36,346 nt of DNA, taken from positions 1-36,346 of the IMG/VR virus record IMGVR_UViG_3300049192_000032; one strand, 5' to 3'. The notes under the pieces were generated by a model. That model was not told the origin of the DNA, did no database searches, and was given only the letters and a program-made list of their open reading frames with translations. Shown piece after piece: positions 17,252-26,366 of this stretch (its first letter is position 1; every line of letters starts with the position of its first letter). This DNA is from a virus (taxonomy: Duplodnaviria; Caudoviricetes). The position numbers and the translations under genes are program-made.

Positions 17252-17991
17252 TGGCCATTCCAGCTGAACTGCTGCGTGTTGCCAGCACGGAGGCGCTGGC
17301 GTTCCTCGACGTGCTGGGCGTCCAGGTTGACGCAGACGGTGCCGCAGAAGTCGCCGGCATCGCTGTCGACGAGTACGCGCTGGCCAATCTGTCGGCTCGC
17401 CTGACGGTAGTAGACCGAGCACTGCGCCTAGTTGACGCCTTGCGTAAGGCTATCGAGACCGGAGAAATCCCTGCCGAGTGGGACCGCTCGGACCGCGTGC
17501 AGCAGCTGGTCACCACTGAACTGTCGCAATACGACCCGCGGATTGCCTTCCAGGCCACTCTTCGCAGCACGTACAGCGCCGGCCGCTACCAGCGCGGGAT
17601 GGAAAGCATCGACGAACAGCCGTACTTCATCTATCGGACGATGAACGATGGACGAGTACGCAGCAGCCACAAGATTCTGAACGGCGTCTGCCTACCGAAA
17701 ACGCACAAGTTCTTTGACGACCATTTCACTCCGAACGGCTGGCGCTGCCGGTGCAAGATTATTTCGGCTGACCAAAAAGGAGTTGACCGTCTTCAAGACG
17801 CCGGAGTGCCGCTTCAGTTCGAGCCTCCGGAAGAAAAGTTGATTGAGTACAAGGACCAGGTGACCGGCAAGGCATTCAAGCTGCCAGAGTCAATCGAACC
17901 TGGGTGGGATTTCAACCCGGGCACTGCAGAAGGTCCGAAGCGTCTCGCAAAGATGTTGGAGCGTCGCATGCAGCAGCTGGAACAGGCCTAA
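17251..17991 (+). CDS. MuF / SPP1 gp7-family minor head protein (short form)
   Basis: YRTMNDGRVRSSH...PNGWRCRC and GWDFNPG, directly after the portal. Confidence 0.88.
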   Translation: MAIPAELLRVASTEALAFLDVLGVQVDADGAAEVAGIAVDEYALANLSARLTVVDRALRLVDALRKAIETGEIPAEWDRSDRVQQLVTTELSQYDPRIAFQATLRSTYSAGRYQRGMESIDEQPYFIYRTMNDGRVRSSHKILNGVCLPKTHKFFDDHFTPNGWRCRCKIISADQKGVDRLQDAGVPLQFEPPEEKLIEYKDQVTGKAFKLPESIEPGWDFNPGTAEGPKRLAKMLERRMQQLEQA

Positions 17992-18123
17992 GCCATCAAT
18001 TTCTGCTGACTGTACGAACCAGACCCCCGCATTTTGTGGGGGCTGTTTTGCTTTAGAAGGAATCCTCTAATTATTTACCCCTGAATTTTGCAGGGGCGCA
18101 GATAACACGTGCCTATACGGTAT

Positions 18124-18192
18124 GTAAGAGCAAATCGTTCTTACCTGCTGACGAGCAGTAAACCCCGGCTTACCAGTCCGGCCGGGGTTTTC
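18124..18192 (+). ncRNA. Candidate three-hairpin structured RNA or leader
   Basis: gtaaga/tcttac, ctgct/agcag and aaaccccggc/gccggggttt stems in tandem, right after the promoter motif at 18101. Confidence 0.4.
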
Positions 18193-18231
18193 CCGACCAG
18201 CTGACTAGGCCACTTTGCAAAGGACTTGGAA

Positions 18232-18552
18232 ATGGAATTCTTCTCGGATATCGCTTACGGCCTGCTGTTCGCAATTGCTGGTGCTCTGCTCTTGGCAATC
18301 GGCTGGATGATTCTGAAGTTGGTGTTGGCGCTGGTTCCGGCTACGTTCAACGCTTTGGCAGATGTGCGGTGGCTTCGCTGCACGTTCCACGGTCTGCTTG
18401 GTTTTGTAGTGAGTATGCTGGTTGCGCCGCAACTGCCTGTCCCCCTGGCTCTGGCCGCGGGATTCCTGTCGACAGGGCTTGTAGCATTCATCATGCACCA
18501 GCTGGAAAATGTGGAAATCACTCGCAGCGTTCCGGTTCGTGTTCGCCGCTAA
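18232..18552 (+). CDS. Membrane protein (about 3 TM)
   Basis: AAGGA RBS, hydrophobic segments, terminator at 18571-18600. Confidence 0.65.
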   Translation: MEFFSDIAYGLLFAIAGALLLAIGWMILKLVLALVPATFNALADVRWLRCTFHGLLGFVVSMLVAPQLPVPLALAAGFLSTGLVAFIMHQLENVEITRSVPVRVRR

Positions 18553-18561
18553 TTGATTCAA

Positions 18562-18726
18562 TCATTCACGACCCCTGCATTTCGCGGGGGTTTTCTTTTT
18601 GAGCAGCTGCAAAGGGTCAACGTCAAAAGCAAACAGCCACACGCCGGCGATGACACCGAGTGCGGCTGCTGCTGTGATGCTGTCGAAATAGCTGATGCCG
18701 AAGACGGCGCGCCAGCTTTCCAACAT
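18562..18726 (-). CDS. Small membrane protein (54 aa, MLESWRAVFGISYFDSITAAAALGVIAGVWLF...)
   Basis: Translated by hand. Starts 2 nt after the upstream stop. One TM and a basic tail. Confidence 0.4.
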   Translation of the reverse strand: MLESWRAVFGISYFDSITAAAALGVIAGVWLFAFDVDPLQLLKKKTPAKCRGRE

Positions 18727-18728
18727 GC

Positions 18729-18830
18729 TCACTTGAAGTCCCGGGTGGGACTCAGCGACGGGAAAAACAGAGACACGAGCACGCCAACAAGGGTACTGCA
18801 GAAGACGGCTAGTGCGAACTGTGCAAGCAT
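18729..18830 (-). CDS. 33-aa single-TM peptide (MLAQFALAVFCSTLVGVLVSLFFPSLSPTRDFK)
   Basis: GGAG RBS 8 nt upstream of ATG, directly downstream of a near-consensus sigma70 promoter. Confidence 0.55.
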   Translation of the reverse strand: MLAQFALAVFCSTLVGVLVSLFFPSLSPTRDFK

Positions 18831-18857
18831 GGTTTGGGCTCCAAGATGCTGATGTCC

Positions 18858-18885
18858 ATTATAGATAACTCATTTTAGCCGTCAA
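18858..18885 (-). promoter_or_regulatory. Sigma70 promoter divergent from rep
   Basis: Minus strand reads TTGACG-16 nt-TATAAT. Confidence 0.65.
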
Positions 18886-18947
18886 GGTGGCAAGCATAAA
18901 AAGTCGGTGTCTATACCAGATAACACAAACACTCTGGAGACACCAAC

Positions 18948-19766
18948 ATGACAACAGCAGTAGAACTCGGCCAAATCAACGCACAAGTTGAAGATTACGC
19001 CACACGCTCTATTAAAGAGCGCACTTTCGAGCGGCAGCGCGATGCTGAAACAGCTTTAAAGAAGTTGCCAACAAAACTCTACGACCGCAGCTTCGGCATG
19101 GGGCGTTTGGCACTATCTTGCGCATTGTTCGGTTTTGGCCGTGGCGCACGTCAACGTTTCGATGCAAAAGTGCTGGAAACCTACCGCGGAGGCAACATTA
19201 CGTACTCTGGCCCAGAACTGCGCCAAGACGACCAATCTGTTCTGCTGGGCCTGGTGTACTACATCAAAGACACCTTGATTGCAGACGAAATCAAGTTCAG
19301 CCCTCGCGAGTTCTGCCGCTTCATCGGCTGGTCTGGCTGTTCTACAGACGTTACGAAGCTGCGCGACTGCTTGGAGCGCATGACCGAGGCGCATCTGCGC
19401 ATCACCTTTGGCGGCAATAAAGGCGGCATGTTCTCGCTGGTGTCCCAATTCACGTGGGACGGCGATAAGTGGAGCGTGTGGCTGGCTCCGACCCTGCGTC
19501 GGCTGTTTGAAGACGGAACGACCTTCCTGCCAATTGAAGAGCGTGCGGCACTGACGGACGGACTGCAGACCTGGTTGGCGGGCTTCCTGCGCGCTCAATC
19601 GGATGTGTCGACTTTCGGCACTGACGACCTGCACAAGTTCTCAGGCACCGGCGCAAGCATCAAGGAGTTCGGCCGGCAGCTGCGCGACACGATGGACCGA
19701 CTTCAAGAGGTAGGCGTGGTCAAGGGATTTGACTTCGGCCGCGGACGTTTGACCGTGCAGCGTTGA
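18948..19766 (+). CDS. TrfA-like plasmid replication initiator
   Basis: ALFG...ITYSGPELRQDDQSVLLGLV, winged-helix FCRFIGWS...LRDCLERM and second wHTH LHKFSG...FGRQLRDTMDRL. Iterons directly downstream. Confidence 0.8.
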   Translation: MTTAVELGQINAQVEDYATRSIKERTFERQRDAETALKKLPTKLYDRSFGMGRLALSCALFGFGRGARQRFDAKVLETYRGGNITYSGPELRQDDQSVLLGLVYYIKDTLIADEIKFSPREFCRFIGWSGCSTDVTKLRDCLERMTEAHLRITFGGNKGGMFSLVSQFTWDGDKWSVWLAPTLRRLFEDGTTFLPIEERAALTDGLQTWLAGFLRAQSDVSTFGTDDLHKFSGTGASIKEFGRQLRDTMDRLQEVGVVKGFDFGRGRLTVQR

Positions 19767-19819
19767 TAGCAACTTGACAACAGAAGCCCGCCAACCGGCG
19801 GGCTTTTTGTTTGGTGGTC

Positions 19820-20020
19820 GGCGTGAATCTACCCCACCAACGGAGCAAGTTAGGAACGGTCAGGCGTGAATCTACCCCACCAACGGCGTGAATCTACCCC
19901 ACCTATTTTCGAGAAAAGCCAATTAAATCAAGCACTTAATTTTGCTACCTTATACGTGCGGCGGTCGCTGAACGCTCCCTCGGAAATTATCCGACTTTCT
20001 TTTTTGTGGTTCTATAGAGA
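19820..20020 (+). other. Putative oriV: three iterons plus AT-rich tract
   Basis: GGCGTGAATCTACCCCACC(AAC) at 19820, 19863 and 19885 (spacing 43 and 22 bp), then AT-rich sequence from 19904 to about 20020. Confidence 0.8.
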
Positions 20021-20398
20021 GGGGCTTGCCGCCCCCTCACTCGCTAATCCGCCGCCCCGCAGGCGGCTGCTCGTGAGCCTCCCCCGCTACTGGGCCCGAC
20101 AACAGACTCCGCCGGACTGTCTGGAACGCTCTGGACTGGCTTTCGATGGCGGACTGACCTAAGCGCCTCCCCGGCGCTTTTTCGCGCTGAACGCGCGACA
20201 GCCAAGGTTAGGCCTGGCGGCCTTTTAGCCGCACTTTTGACCATTTCCCGCAGTGCGGCCCTGGGCAGGCGCCTCAGCAATCCTCCGCACTTTGGCTAGC
20301 TTTTGTCCGGACATCTGACGGACTGCGGCCCTCTTCCAAGACCTTCTCTGGGGTTGGTCGCTACACGCAGCAACTACTACCAACTTGGAAGACCTCTG

Positions 20399-21463
20399 AT
20401 GTCCAAGCGACTAAAAACCAAACCGAGCCAGGTTTCGCTGGCCGTAGCCGCGTTTGCTGCGCAGACATCTGGCGAAGCAACCCGCTACGAATTGCCAGTT
20501 CTGCCAGCCGGTCCTGATAGCCAGCCTGTCGACGGCCGTCCGACCTTGTTCCACGACAACGCCGCCCTCGCCGCGGCCTTCAACGCTAAGGGTCGCAAGA
20601 TTCCTCTCGACGTCGGCCACTTGACCATGTGGGACGGCGCTGCTCCCGCTGTGGGTTGGGTCACGGAGATGTTCGTCAAGGAAGACGGCAGCCTGTGGGG
20701 CTACACCGAACTCAACGCAGACGGCCAAAAACTTATCGACGGCAAGCTGTTCGGCTTCACCAGTCCAACCGTCCGCGTGCTCGATGTAGACGCCGGCTGG
20801 ATGGTTTCCGGCTTCGTGTCGCTGGCGCTGACTAACAGTCCAGCCCTCGAGATGTCCGCCAACTTCAGCGAAGACACCGCAGAAGAAGACGAGGCTGAGG
20901 TCGCAACTGCTGAAGCTGCTGTTGCCGCCCTGACGTCCACCGAAGCGACCACCGAGACAGCCCCAGCTGCACCAGAAGCCGCTGCCGCCCTCGCCGCCGA
21001 GCCGGCTGCCGACGTAGCTGCTCTGACCGCCTCCGTAGCAACTTTGACTGCTGAGCGTGATTCGGCTCTTGCACAGGTAGCCTCTCTGACGGCCAACACC
21101 GCCACGCTGTCTGCTCAGGTCGCCTTGTTCACTGAGCAAATCGCCGCTCTGACCGCTGAGCGTGATGCCGCGCGCAGCGACCTCGCCGCGTTCACTGCCA
21201 AGGGTGAAGCTGACGCAATCCAGGCCGCCATCGACGAGGCCAACGTGTCTGGCACCGCGTATCCATTCGAGCGCGAGATGTTGACCACCTACGGTGTTTC
21301 GCACGGCCTGGAAAAGTTGAAGGCTTACCTGTCTGCCCGTCCTGCCTTCTCCAGCACCACAGCGGCCACCGCAGCCCCAGCCACCGATGTGCCCGCCGAA
21401 GTTCAGGCCTACCTGGCGCGACACAACCTGCCGCTCGATGCATACCTGCGCGGCCGCGGCTAA
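20399..21463 (+). CDS. Mu gp32 (I/Z)-like head maturation protease with scaffold domain
   Basis: IPLDVGH, APAVGWV, FTSP and SLALTNSPAL motifs, Ala-rich coiled-coil C-terminus. Confidence 0.88.
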   Translation: MSKRLKTKPSQVSLAVAAFAAQTSGEATRYELPVLPAGPDSQPVDGRPTLFHDNAALAAAFNAKGRKIPLDVGHLTMWDGAAPAVGWVTEMFVKEDGSLWGYTELNADGQKLIDGKLFGFTSPTVRVLDVDAGWMVSGFVSLALTNSPALEMSANFSEDTAEEDEAEVATAEAAVAALTSTEATTETAPAAPEAAAALAAEPAADVAALTASVATLTAERDSALAQVASLTANTATLSAQVALFTEQIAALTAERDAARSDLAAFTAKGEADAIQAAIDEANVSGTAYPFEREMLTTYGVSHGLEKLKAYLSARPAFSSTTAATAAPATDVPAEVQAYLARHNLPLDAYLRGRG

Positions 21464-21511
21464 CTACCTACCTATACCAACTACCAACCACCTTTCGAAA
21501 CGGTACGAACA

Positions 21512-22426
21512 ATGAATCTCGCAGAAAAAATCCGCGCCCTATTCACCACTTACAAGGGCGTTTTCCAAGGCGCGCTGGCAGCCTATGTCGGCGAATGGAC
21601 GAAGATTGCCACCAAGGTGCAGTCCAACTCGACCAGCAACACCTACGGCTGGCTGGGCCAGTCCGCGACCTTCCGTGAGTGGGTTGGCGACCGCGTAGCA
21701 CAGGCTATCGCGACCTTCGGCTACACCGTGCCGAACAAGACCAAGGAAATGACGGTCGAAATCAAAAAGGAAGACGTCGAAGACGACAACGTGGGCATCT
21801 ACGACCCGCTCGTGCAAGACATGGGCCAAGAAGCTGTCCGCGACATCGACGCAATGGTGTACGGCGCCCTGAAGACCAACGGCCTCTGCTACGACACCAA
21901 GACCTTCTTCGCCGCTGACCACCCGATGGAATTTGAGACGGACGGCACCCCTTCCGTGGGTTCCGATACCTTCTCCAACATCCTGGCTCCTACGGACCCA
22001 GAAGACGCCGGCCCAGCCTGGTACATCATGGACTGCTCGCGCGTCATCAAGCCTGTGATTTACCAAGAGCGCAAGGCTGCTGTGTTTGTGTCCAAGACCG
22101 CACTGGATGACGAAACGGTGTACCGCACCAATCAGTTCTCCTTCGGTGCTGACAAGCGCGACAACGTGGGCTACACCCTGCCGCAGTTCGCCATCAAGTG
22201 CACGCTGCCACTGAACGCCGAAAACTTCGCAGCCGCTCAGACGATGCTCGAGGACATGGTTGGCGACAAAGGCAAGCCGCTGGGCCTGAAGGCTACTACC
22301 GTTGTGGCACCTCCTGCACTGCGCGCAGCTGGCAAGGCACTGTTCAACACCCAGTTCCTGGCCAACGGCGGAAGCAACCCGCACTACGGCGACGCTGAGT
22401 TCATCGTGACTCCGTACGTCAAGTAA
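21512..22426 (+). CDS. Mu gp34 (T)-like major capsid protein
   Basis: NTYGWLGQ..FREWVGDR, EDDNVGIY, CYD..FFAADHP and KPVIYQERK motifs. Confidence 0.93.
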   Translation: MNLAEKIRALFTTYKGVFQGALAAYVGEWTKIATKVQSNSTSNTYGWLGQSATFREWVGDRVAQAIATFGYTVPNKTKEMTVEIKKEDVEDDNVGIYDPLVQDMGQEAVRDIDAMVYGALKTNGLCYDTKTFFAADHPMEFETDGTPSVGSDTFSNILAPTDPEDAGPAWYIMDCSRVIKPVIYQERKAAVFVSKTALDDETVYRTNQFSFGADKRDNVGYTLPQFAIKCTLPLNAENFAAAQTMLEDMVGDKGKPLGLKATTVVAPPALRAAGKALFNTQFLANGGSNPHYGDAEFIVTPYVK

Positions 22427-22519
22427 TAGGCCGACGGCTTCGGCTACATCAGCCCCGCCAAGCGGGGCTTTTTTACGTGCACTCGCTACACAAGAAGACC
22501 TCTCTAGAAAGGCTTCGCA

Positions 22520-22855
22520 ATGTCCCATACAACTGAGCGCCTTGGCGCGCTAACTCGTCAGCGCAAGATGTGCCCCGCCGGCGAGTCCACCTACATCCTG
22601 CTTGACACGAACGCACAGAATCCAGTGACGGTCTTCATTCGCAACAACGCGTCTGCCCATGCCGTCACTGCGGACATCACTCCCGATGACGCTGCTGACG
22701 AAACGCCCGTGCTGGTTCCTATGAATATCGGAACGGCCGGAAGCATCGACGCCGGTTCCAGCGCTGCATGTGAACTGAAGACGCCCATCCGCGCCGTCAT
22801 CGTGCATGTTCCGGCCGAAGCTTCGGCAGCTGCTGAAATCGTGGTGCTCAAATGA
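22520..22855 (+). CDS. Putative virion structural or decoration protein
   Basis: Beta-rich ORF between capsid and neck genes, with its own GCTACAC motif. Confidence 0.55.
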   Translation: MSHTTERLGALTRQRKMCPAGESTYILLDTNAQNPVTVFIRNNASAHAVTADITPDDAADETPVLVPMNIGTAGSIDAGSSAACELKTPIRAVIVHVPAEASAAAEIVVLK

Positions 22856-23733
22856 CTACCTACTACCCGTTCCCTCCAGGCGAGAACGCCACCGCGGGCG
22901 CAGGTGACGGCACGAACCTGCTTATCGAAATCACACCCGACACCGTCCCAGAACTTGTTGAGATTCCGGTCTACGAGGCATTCGGTGACGCCACTGTTGC
23001 TCGCTATGCGCTGACGGGTGCCAAAGACGGTGACGAGTTGATGGTGACTGCTCACGTCGACGAAGCTATCGCGATGGAGTACTCACTAGTGCTGCCAGCT
23101 GAGTTCACCAAAGGCGTCATTTCCATCAAGAACACGGCACCGTTCTCTGTGTGGCTCGTGACTGCTGACCGCGCCGATGGCCCGTATGTTGACAACTCAT
23201 TCAACGTGCTGCCCGGTGCTGTTCAAGTCATGCCGGACGTGTTGATGCAGTTCCTCGTTCAGACGTCGGTTGTGGACGGCGAAACAATCACGCAGCTGTC
23301 GTCCCTCGGCTCGCGGGTGTTCGCGATTGAGTTGAAAGAGAAGGACCTCACCGCTCCATCAGTCGGCACGCTGTTTGAGTTCACAGTTCCGGGCTCTGCC
23401 AGTGGCAACAAGCTGATGCCGTTTAACCCGCCAACCGCCATCACGACGTTCTCTGATGTGGACGTGTCGCTGAAGTTCGAAGTGTTCGAGTGGAACGCGG
23501 GCACACGGGCGTTTGACTTGTCGGCAGCTGAGTACACGTTCGACAACACTTCGACAGGTGACGTCAACTACGGCAGCATTCTTCCAGTCACATCGCTTCC
23601 CAGCGTGAACATCGGCGGCTTCACGTACCGCAAGCTGCCGGACGCCGGCTCGCTTGTGCGCATCAGCCTCACGTCCGGAACTCCGGCTTTCATCAACCTG
23701 GCAGTCGCGCTGCAGACAAACATCACTCTGTGA
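22852..23733 (+). CDS. Putative virion structural protein (acidic, beta-rich)
   Basis: ATGA coupling, head-module position, terminator near 23740-23762. Confidence 0.6.
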   Translation: MTTYYPFPPGENATAGAGDGTNLLIEITPDTVPELVEIPVYEAFGDATVARYALTGAKDGDELMVTAHVDEAIAMEYSLVLPAEFTKGVISIKNTAPFSVWLVTADRADGPYVDNSFNVLPGAVQVMPDVLMQFLVQTSVVDGETITQLSSLGSRVFAIELKEKDLTAPSVGTLFEFTVPGSASGNKLMPFNPPTAITTFSDVDVSLKFEVFEWNAGTRAFDLSAAEYTFDNTSTGDVNYGSILPVTSLPSVNIGGFTYRKLPDAGSLVRISLTSGTPAFINLAVALQTNITL

Positions 23734-23815
23734 CCAAGGCCCCCGCAAAACGCGGGGGTTTTCTCTACCAGTTCAGACCACCGTAGCAGTCCAGCGCTGC
23801 TAGCTACACGGTGGA

Positions 23816-24223
23816 ATGACTACCACCTACATCACACGTTCCCAGCTTGAGGCGCTCTTTGGCGCCACGGAAGTCGCTCGCCTTGAGTCTGAGGAAACGA
23901 ACATCCAAGAGACGCTTGACACCGTCAACAGCGAGGTTGACAGCTACGTCCGCAGCGCTCGTCCGGAAGGCTTGTCTGAGGTGCCAAAGGCTCTCGAGAT
24001 GGCGGCCGGCAACATCTGCCGCTTCTACCTAAACAAAGGCAACTGCCCTCCGAATATCGAACTGCGCTGGAAGGCTGCCATCAGCTATCTGCGCGACGTT
24101 GCTGCCGGAAAGGTTGCACTGCCCGCCATCGTTGACGACCCGGACACGCCAGAGGACGAAAGCACGCTGACTAGCGGTGTGTGGTCGGCACCGCTGCCGT
24201 GGGACCCACAGGGGTGGGCGTAA
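23816..24223 (+). CDS. Mu gp36-like (DUF1320) head-tail adaptor
   Basis: YITRSQL..FG..E, NSEVDSYV, NICRFYL, RWKAAISYLRDVAAGKVAL. Confidence 0.88.
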   Translation: MTTTYITRSQLEALFGATEVARLESEETNIQETLDTVNSEVDSYVRSARPEGLSEVPKALEMAAGNICRFYLNKGNCPPNIELRWKAAISYLRDVAAGKVALPAIVDDPDTPEDESTLTSGVWSAPLPWDPQGWA

Positions 24224-24675
24224 TGCTGACCGTCAGTCTGGAGGACAGCCGGCTTCAAGCCGTCTTGAACGCTGCCATGGCGACCTTGCGGGACACCACT
24301 CCCGTTATGCGCGCCATTGGTCAGCAGCTGGAATCGAACATCAACACGCGGTTCGCTACCAAGACGGCTCCCAACGGCGCCGCCTGGGCACCCTGGGCCA
24401 AGAGCACCGCTCGCTCACGTGCAGACGAAGGCCGCGGCACGCTGCTTTCGTACACGGGCCGCATGCAAGACAGCCTGACGTTCACTGCGACCCGTGACAG
24501 CGTGACCGTTGGCTTTGGTGTGCCTTACGCGCAGTACCACGAGTACGGAACCGCCCGCATTCCCGCACGGCCAATGCTCTTTGACAACAACAACCTCGGC
24601 GAGGAGGACCTCGCTGACGTACTAGACGCAGCAACCAAGGCTCTGCGCCGTCAGCTGCGCTTGGAGATTACCTAA
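24223..24675 (+). CDS. Virion morphogenesis / tail completion protein (Mu gpG, P2 gpS-like)
   Basis: RF....PNG..WAP, L..TGRM..SL, YAQYHEYG..IPARP. Confidence 0.88.
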   Translation: MLTVSLEDSRLQAVLNAAMATLRDTTPVMRAIGQQLESNINTRFATKTAPNGAAWAPWAKSTARSRADEGRGTLLSYTGRMQDSLTFTATRDSVTVGFGVPYAQYHEYGTARIPARPMLFDNNNLGEEDLADVLDAATKALRRQLRLEIT

Positions 24676-25097
24676 TGGCCGGACTTACTGACTTCTTCCG
24701 TCCAGGTGCCATCATCGTTGAGCGCCTGACTGCCGCACTGCCAGACATTCGCGTCAAGCGTGTCCAGGACTACGACCGTGCGCAGAAGCATGTCTCGGGC
24801 TCCGTGCCTGAAGTCCTGGTGCGCCTGTTGCGTGCCACGCCAACGGACAGTGCCGGCGGCGAGACGCTGTTGGAGCAGCAGTACACGGCCTTCTATGTGG
24901 TGCCTGGCGTTAGCGAAGACTGGGAGCGCGATGGACCCGTGCTCACGACCATGCTGCGGGCGCTGACCGGCTACGACCCTGACGAAGAGCAGTTCGTTGG
25001 CGAGTTCAAACCAGTGGGCTCCATCACGCCCCAGACCTGGGAAGAACGTGGCGTCATCGTTTACCCCGTCGTGTTCAGTGTGCCTGTGCACATCTAG
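24675..25097 (+). CDS. Putative tail terminator
   Basis: Size and position between tail completion and major tail genes. Confidence 0.65.
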   Translation: MAGLTDFFRPGAIIVERLTAALPDIRVKRVQDYDRAQKHVSGSVPEVLVRLLRATPTDSAGGETLLEQQYTAFYVVPGVSEDWERDGPVLTTMLRALTGYDPDEEQFVGEFKPVGSITPQTWEERGVIVYPVVFSVPVHI

Positions 25098-25157
25098 GCG
25101 CTAGAGGCCACTGCTTCCTATACCTAGCATCCAACCCCACTTATCGAGGCTGTCCGA

Positions 25158-25862
25158 ATGAACCAAAAACTATTTGCCCTCAAGGGCGACTTCTACTGGC
25201 GTGCGAAGGGCTCCACGGGCCCGTTCAAGCCATTCTTGAACGCGACTGCCGGAGAAATCGGCATGACCATCGAAACCCAGAAACAGAGGTCCAACGGGGA
25301 CGTGCCGGGCACCATCGCTGAGGACGAAATCAACCGTGAGGCTACGTTCTCCGCGACCTTCCAGTCGCGCCACAAAGACAACATGAAGCACTTCCTTTAC
25401 GCCAACAGCGTGGAGGTGGCTGCCAGTTCCTCGCCTATTGCTTTCACCCTTCCGGCTGGCGTGGATGGCGACACGGTGGACCTCGGCCATGCCAACATCA
25501 CTGATGCGACCTTCGGCAGTCTGGTTGAAGGCACCGACTACACGCTGAAAGCCAACTCGGGCGCTATCGTGTACTTGACGACGGTTGCGGAAACTGAAGG
25601 CACCTTCGAGCATGACGCATACACGCTGTTCGGAGTCTTCTCCGCTGACGCGGTCGAAGTGGAAATCCTGTTCACTTCCGAGAAGTCGGGGCAATCGTAC
25701 AAGCTGTACCGGGTCAAGTTGTCGCCGGCTCAAACGCTGCAGCTGGTGTCTGACGGCACCGAGTACGGTTCGGCACAGTTGACAGGCACTTTGCTCATCG
25801 ACACGACCGCTCCGACAGATGGCACTCTCGGCCAGTACGGACGCGTACGCAGCGTCGCCTAA
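25158..25862 (+). CDS. Major tail tube protein
   Basis: LVEGTDY and LYRVKLSP...LTGTLL motifs, position, terminator after the gene. Confidence 0.8.
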   Translation: MNQKLFALKGDFYWRAKGSTGPFKPFLNATAGEIGMTIETQKQRSNGDVPGTIAEDEINREATFSATFQSRHKDNMKHFLYANSVEVAASSSPIAFTLPAGVDGDTVDLGHANITDATFGSLVEGTDYTLKANSGAIVYLTTVAETEGTFEHDAYTLFGVFSADAVEVEILFTSEKSGQSYKLYRVKLSPAQTLQLVSDGTEYGSAQLTGTLLIDTTAPTDGTLGQYGRVRSVA

Positions 25863-25958
25863 CCGACCTGCGTCACAGCACTCCAGAAGCCCGGCATCGC
25901 CGGGCTTTTGTTCGTCTGCTCGCTACACGAGGTATCCACCACAACAGGAGACCTTCCT

Positions 25959-26366
25959 ATGAGCGACAAGAACAAACTCGTACCCGTGCCCATCGACGTC
26001 ACTGTCGGCGATGAGACCTTCCACATCCTCCCATTTGGCTTTGAGATGCAAGTGTGCCTGTCCGCCAAGCTGGCAGCCGCCTTCGCTCAGGCTGGCTTCA
26101 AGGAGGGTGACACGCTGTCCTTCTCGGACCTCGTTGACCATGCCGGTGATGTGCTGTTCGACGCTGCTGCGGTAGCCATCGGCAAGCCTCGCAGCTACCT
26201 GTCGACCCTGCCGGAGTTCGAAGACGGCATGCGCATCCTGGAAGCCGTCTATGAAGCGAACGCCGAGGTATTCGCAAAAAAAGTCCTGCCGTCTCTGATG
26301 AAGCGTCTGCAGACGATGGCGAGCAACGGCGCGCTCTCCAGCTTGATGAAGTCGTTGCTCGCCTAA
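25959..26366 (+). CDS. Tail assembly chaperone (G-like)
   Basis: AGGAG RBS, between major tail and TMP, slippery A7G at 26276-26283. Confidence 0.8.
   Translation: MSDKNKLVPVPIDVTVGDETFHILPFGFEMQVCLSAKLAAAFAQAGFKEGDTLSFSDLVDHAGDVLFDAAAVAIGKPRSYLSTLPEFEDGMRILEAVYEANAEVFAKKVLPSLMKRLQTMASNGALSSLMKSLLA

Noticed and set aside
17251-17991. MuF polymorphic toxin
   Set aside because: 246 aa, ending shortly after the MuF domain, with no C-terminal toxin extension or adjacent immunity gene.
18148-18192. CTGACGAG as a hammerhead ribozyme core
   Set aside because: No GAAA after a stem II, and the octamer is itself part of the ctgct/agcag hairpin.
20224-20236. IncP KorB operator near the TrfA-like replicon
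   Set aside because: Only TTTAGCCGC matches TTTAGCSGCTAAA, the right arm is missing, and there is no korB gene.
13389-25097. Transposable Mu-like phage
   Set aside because: No DDE transposase, MuB ATPase or Mor/C gene, no host DNA at the ends, and the contig is circular.
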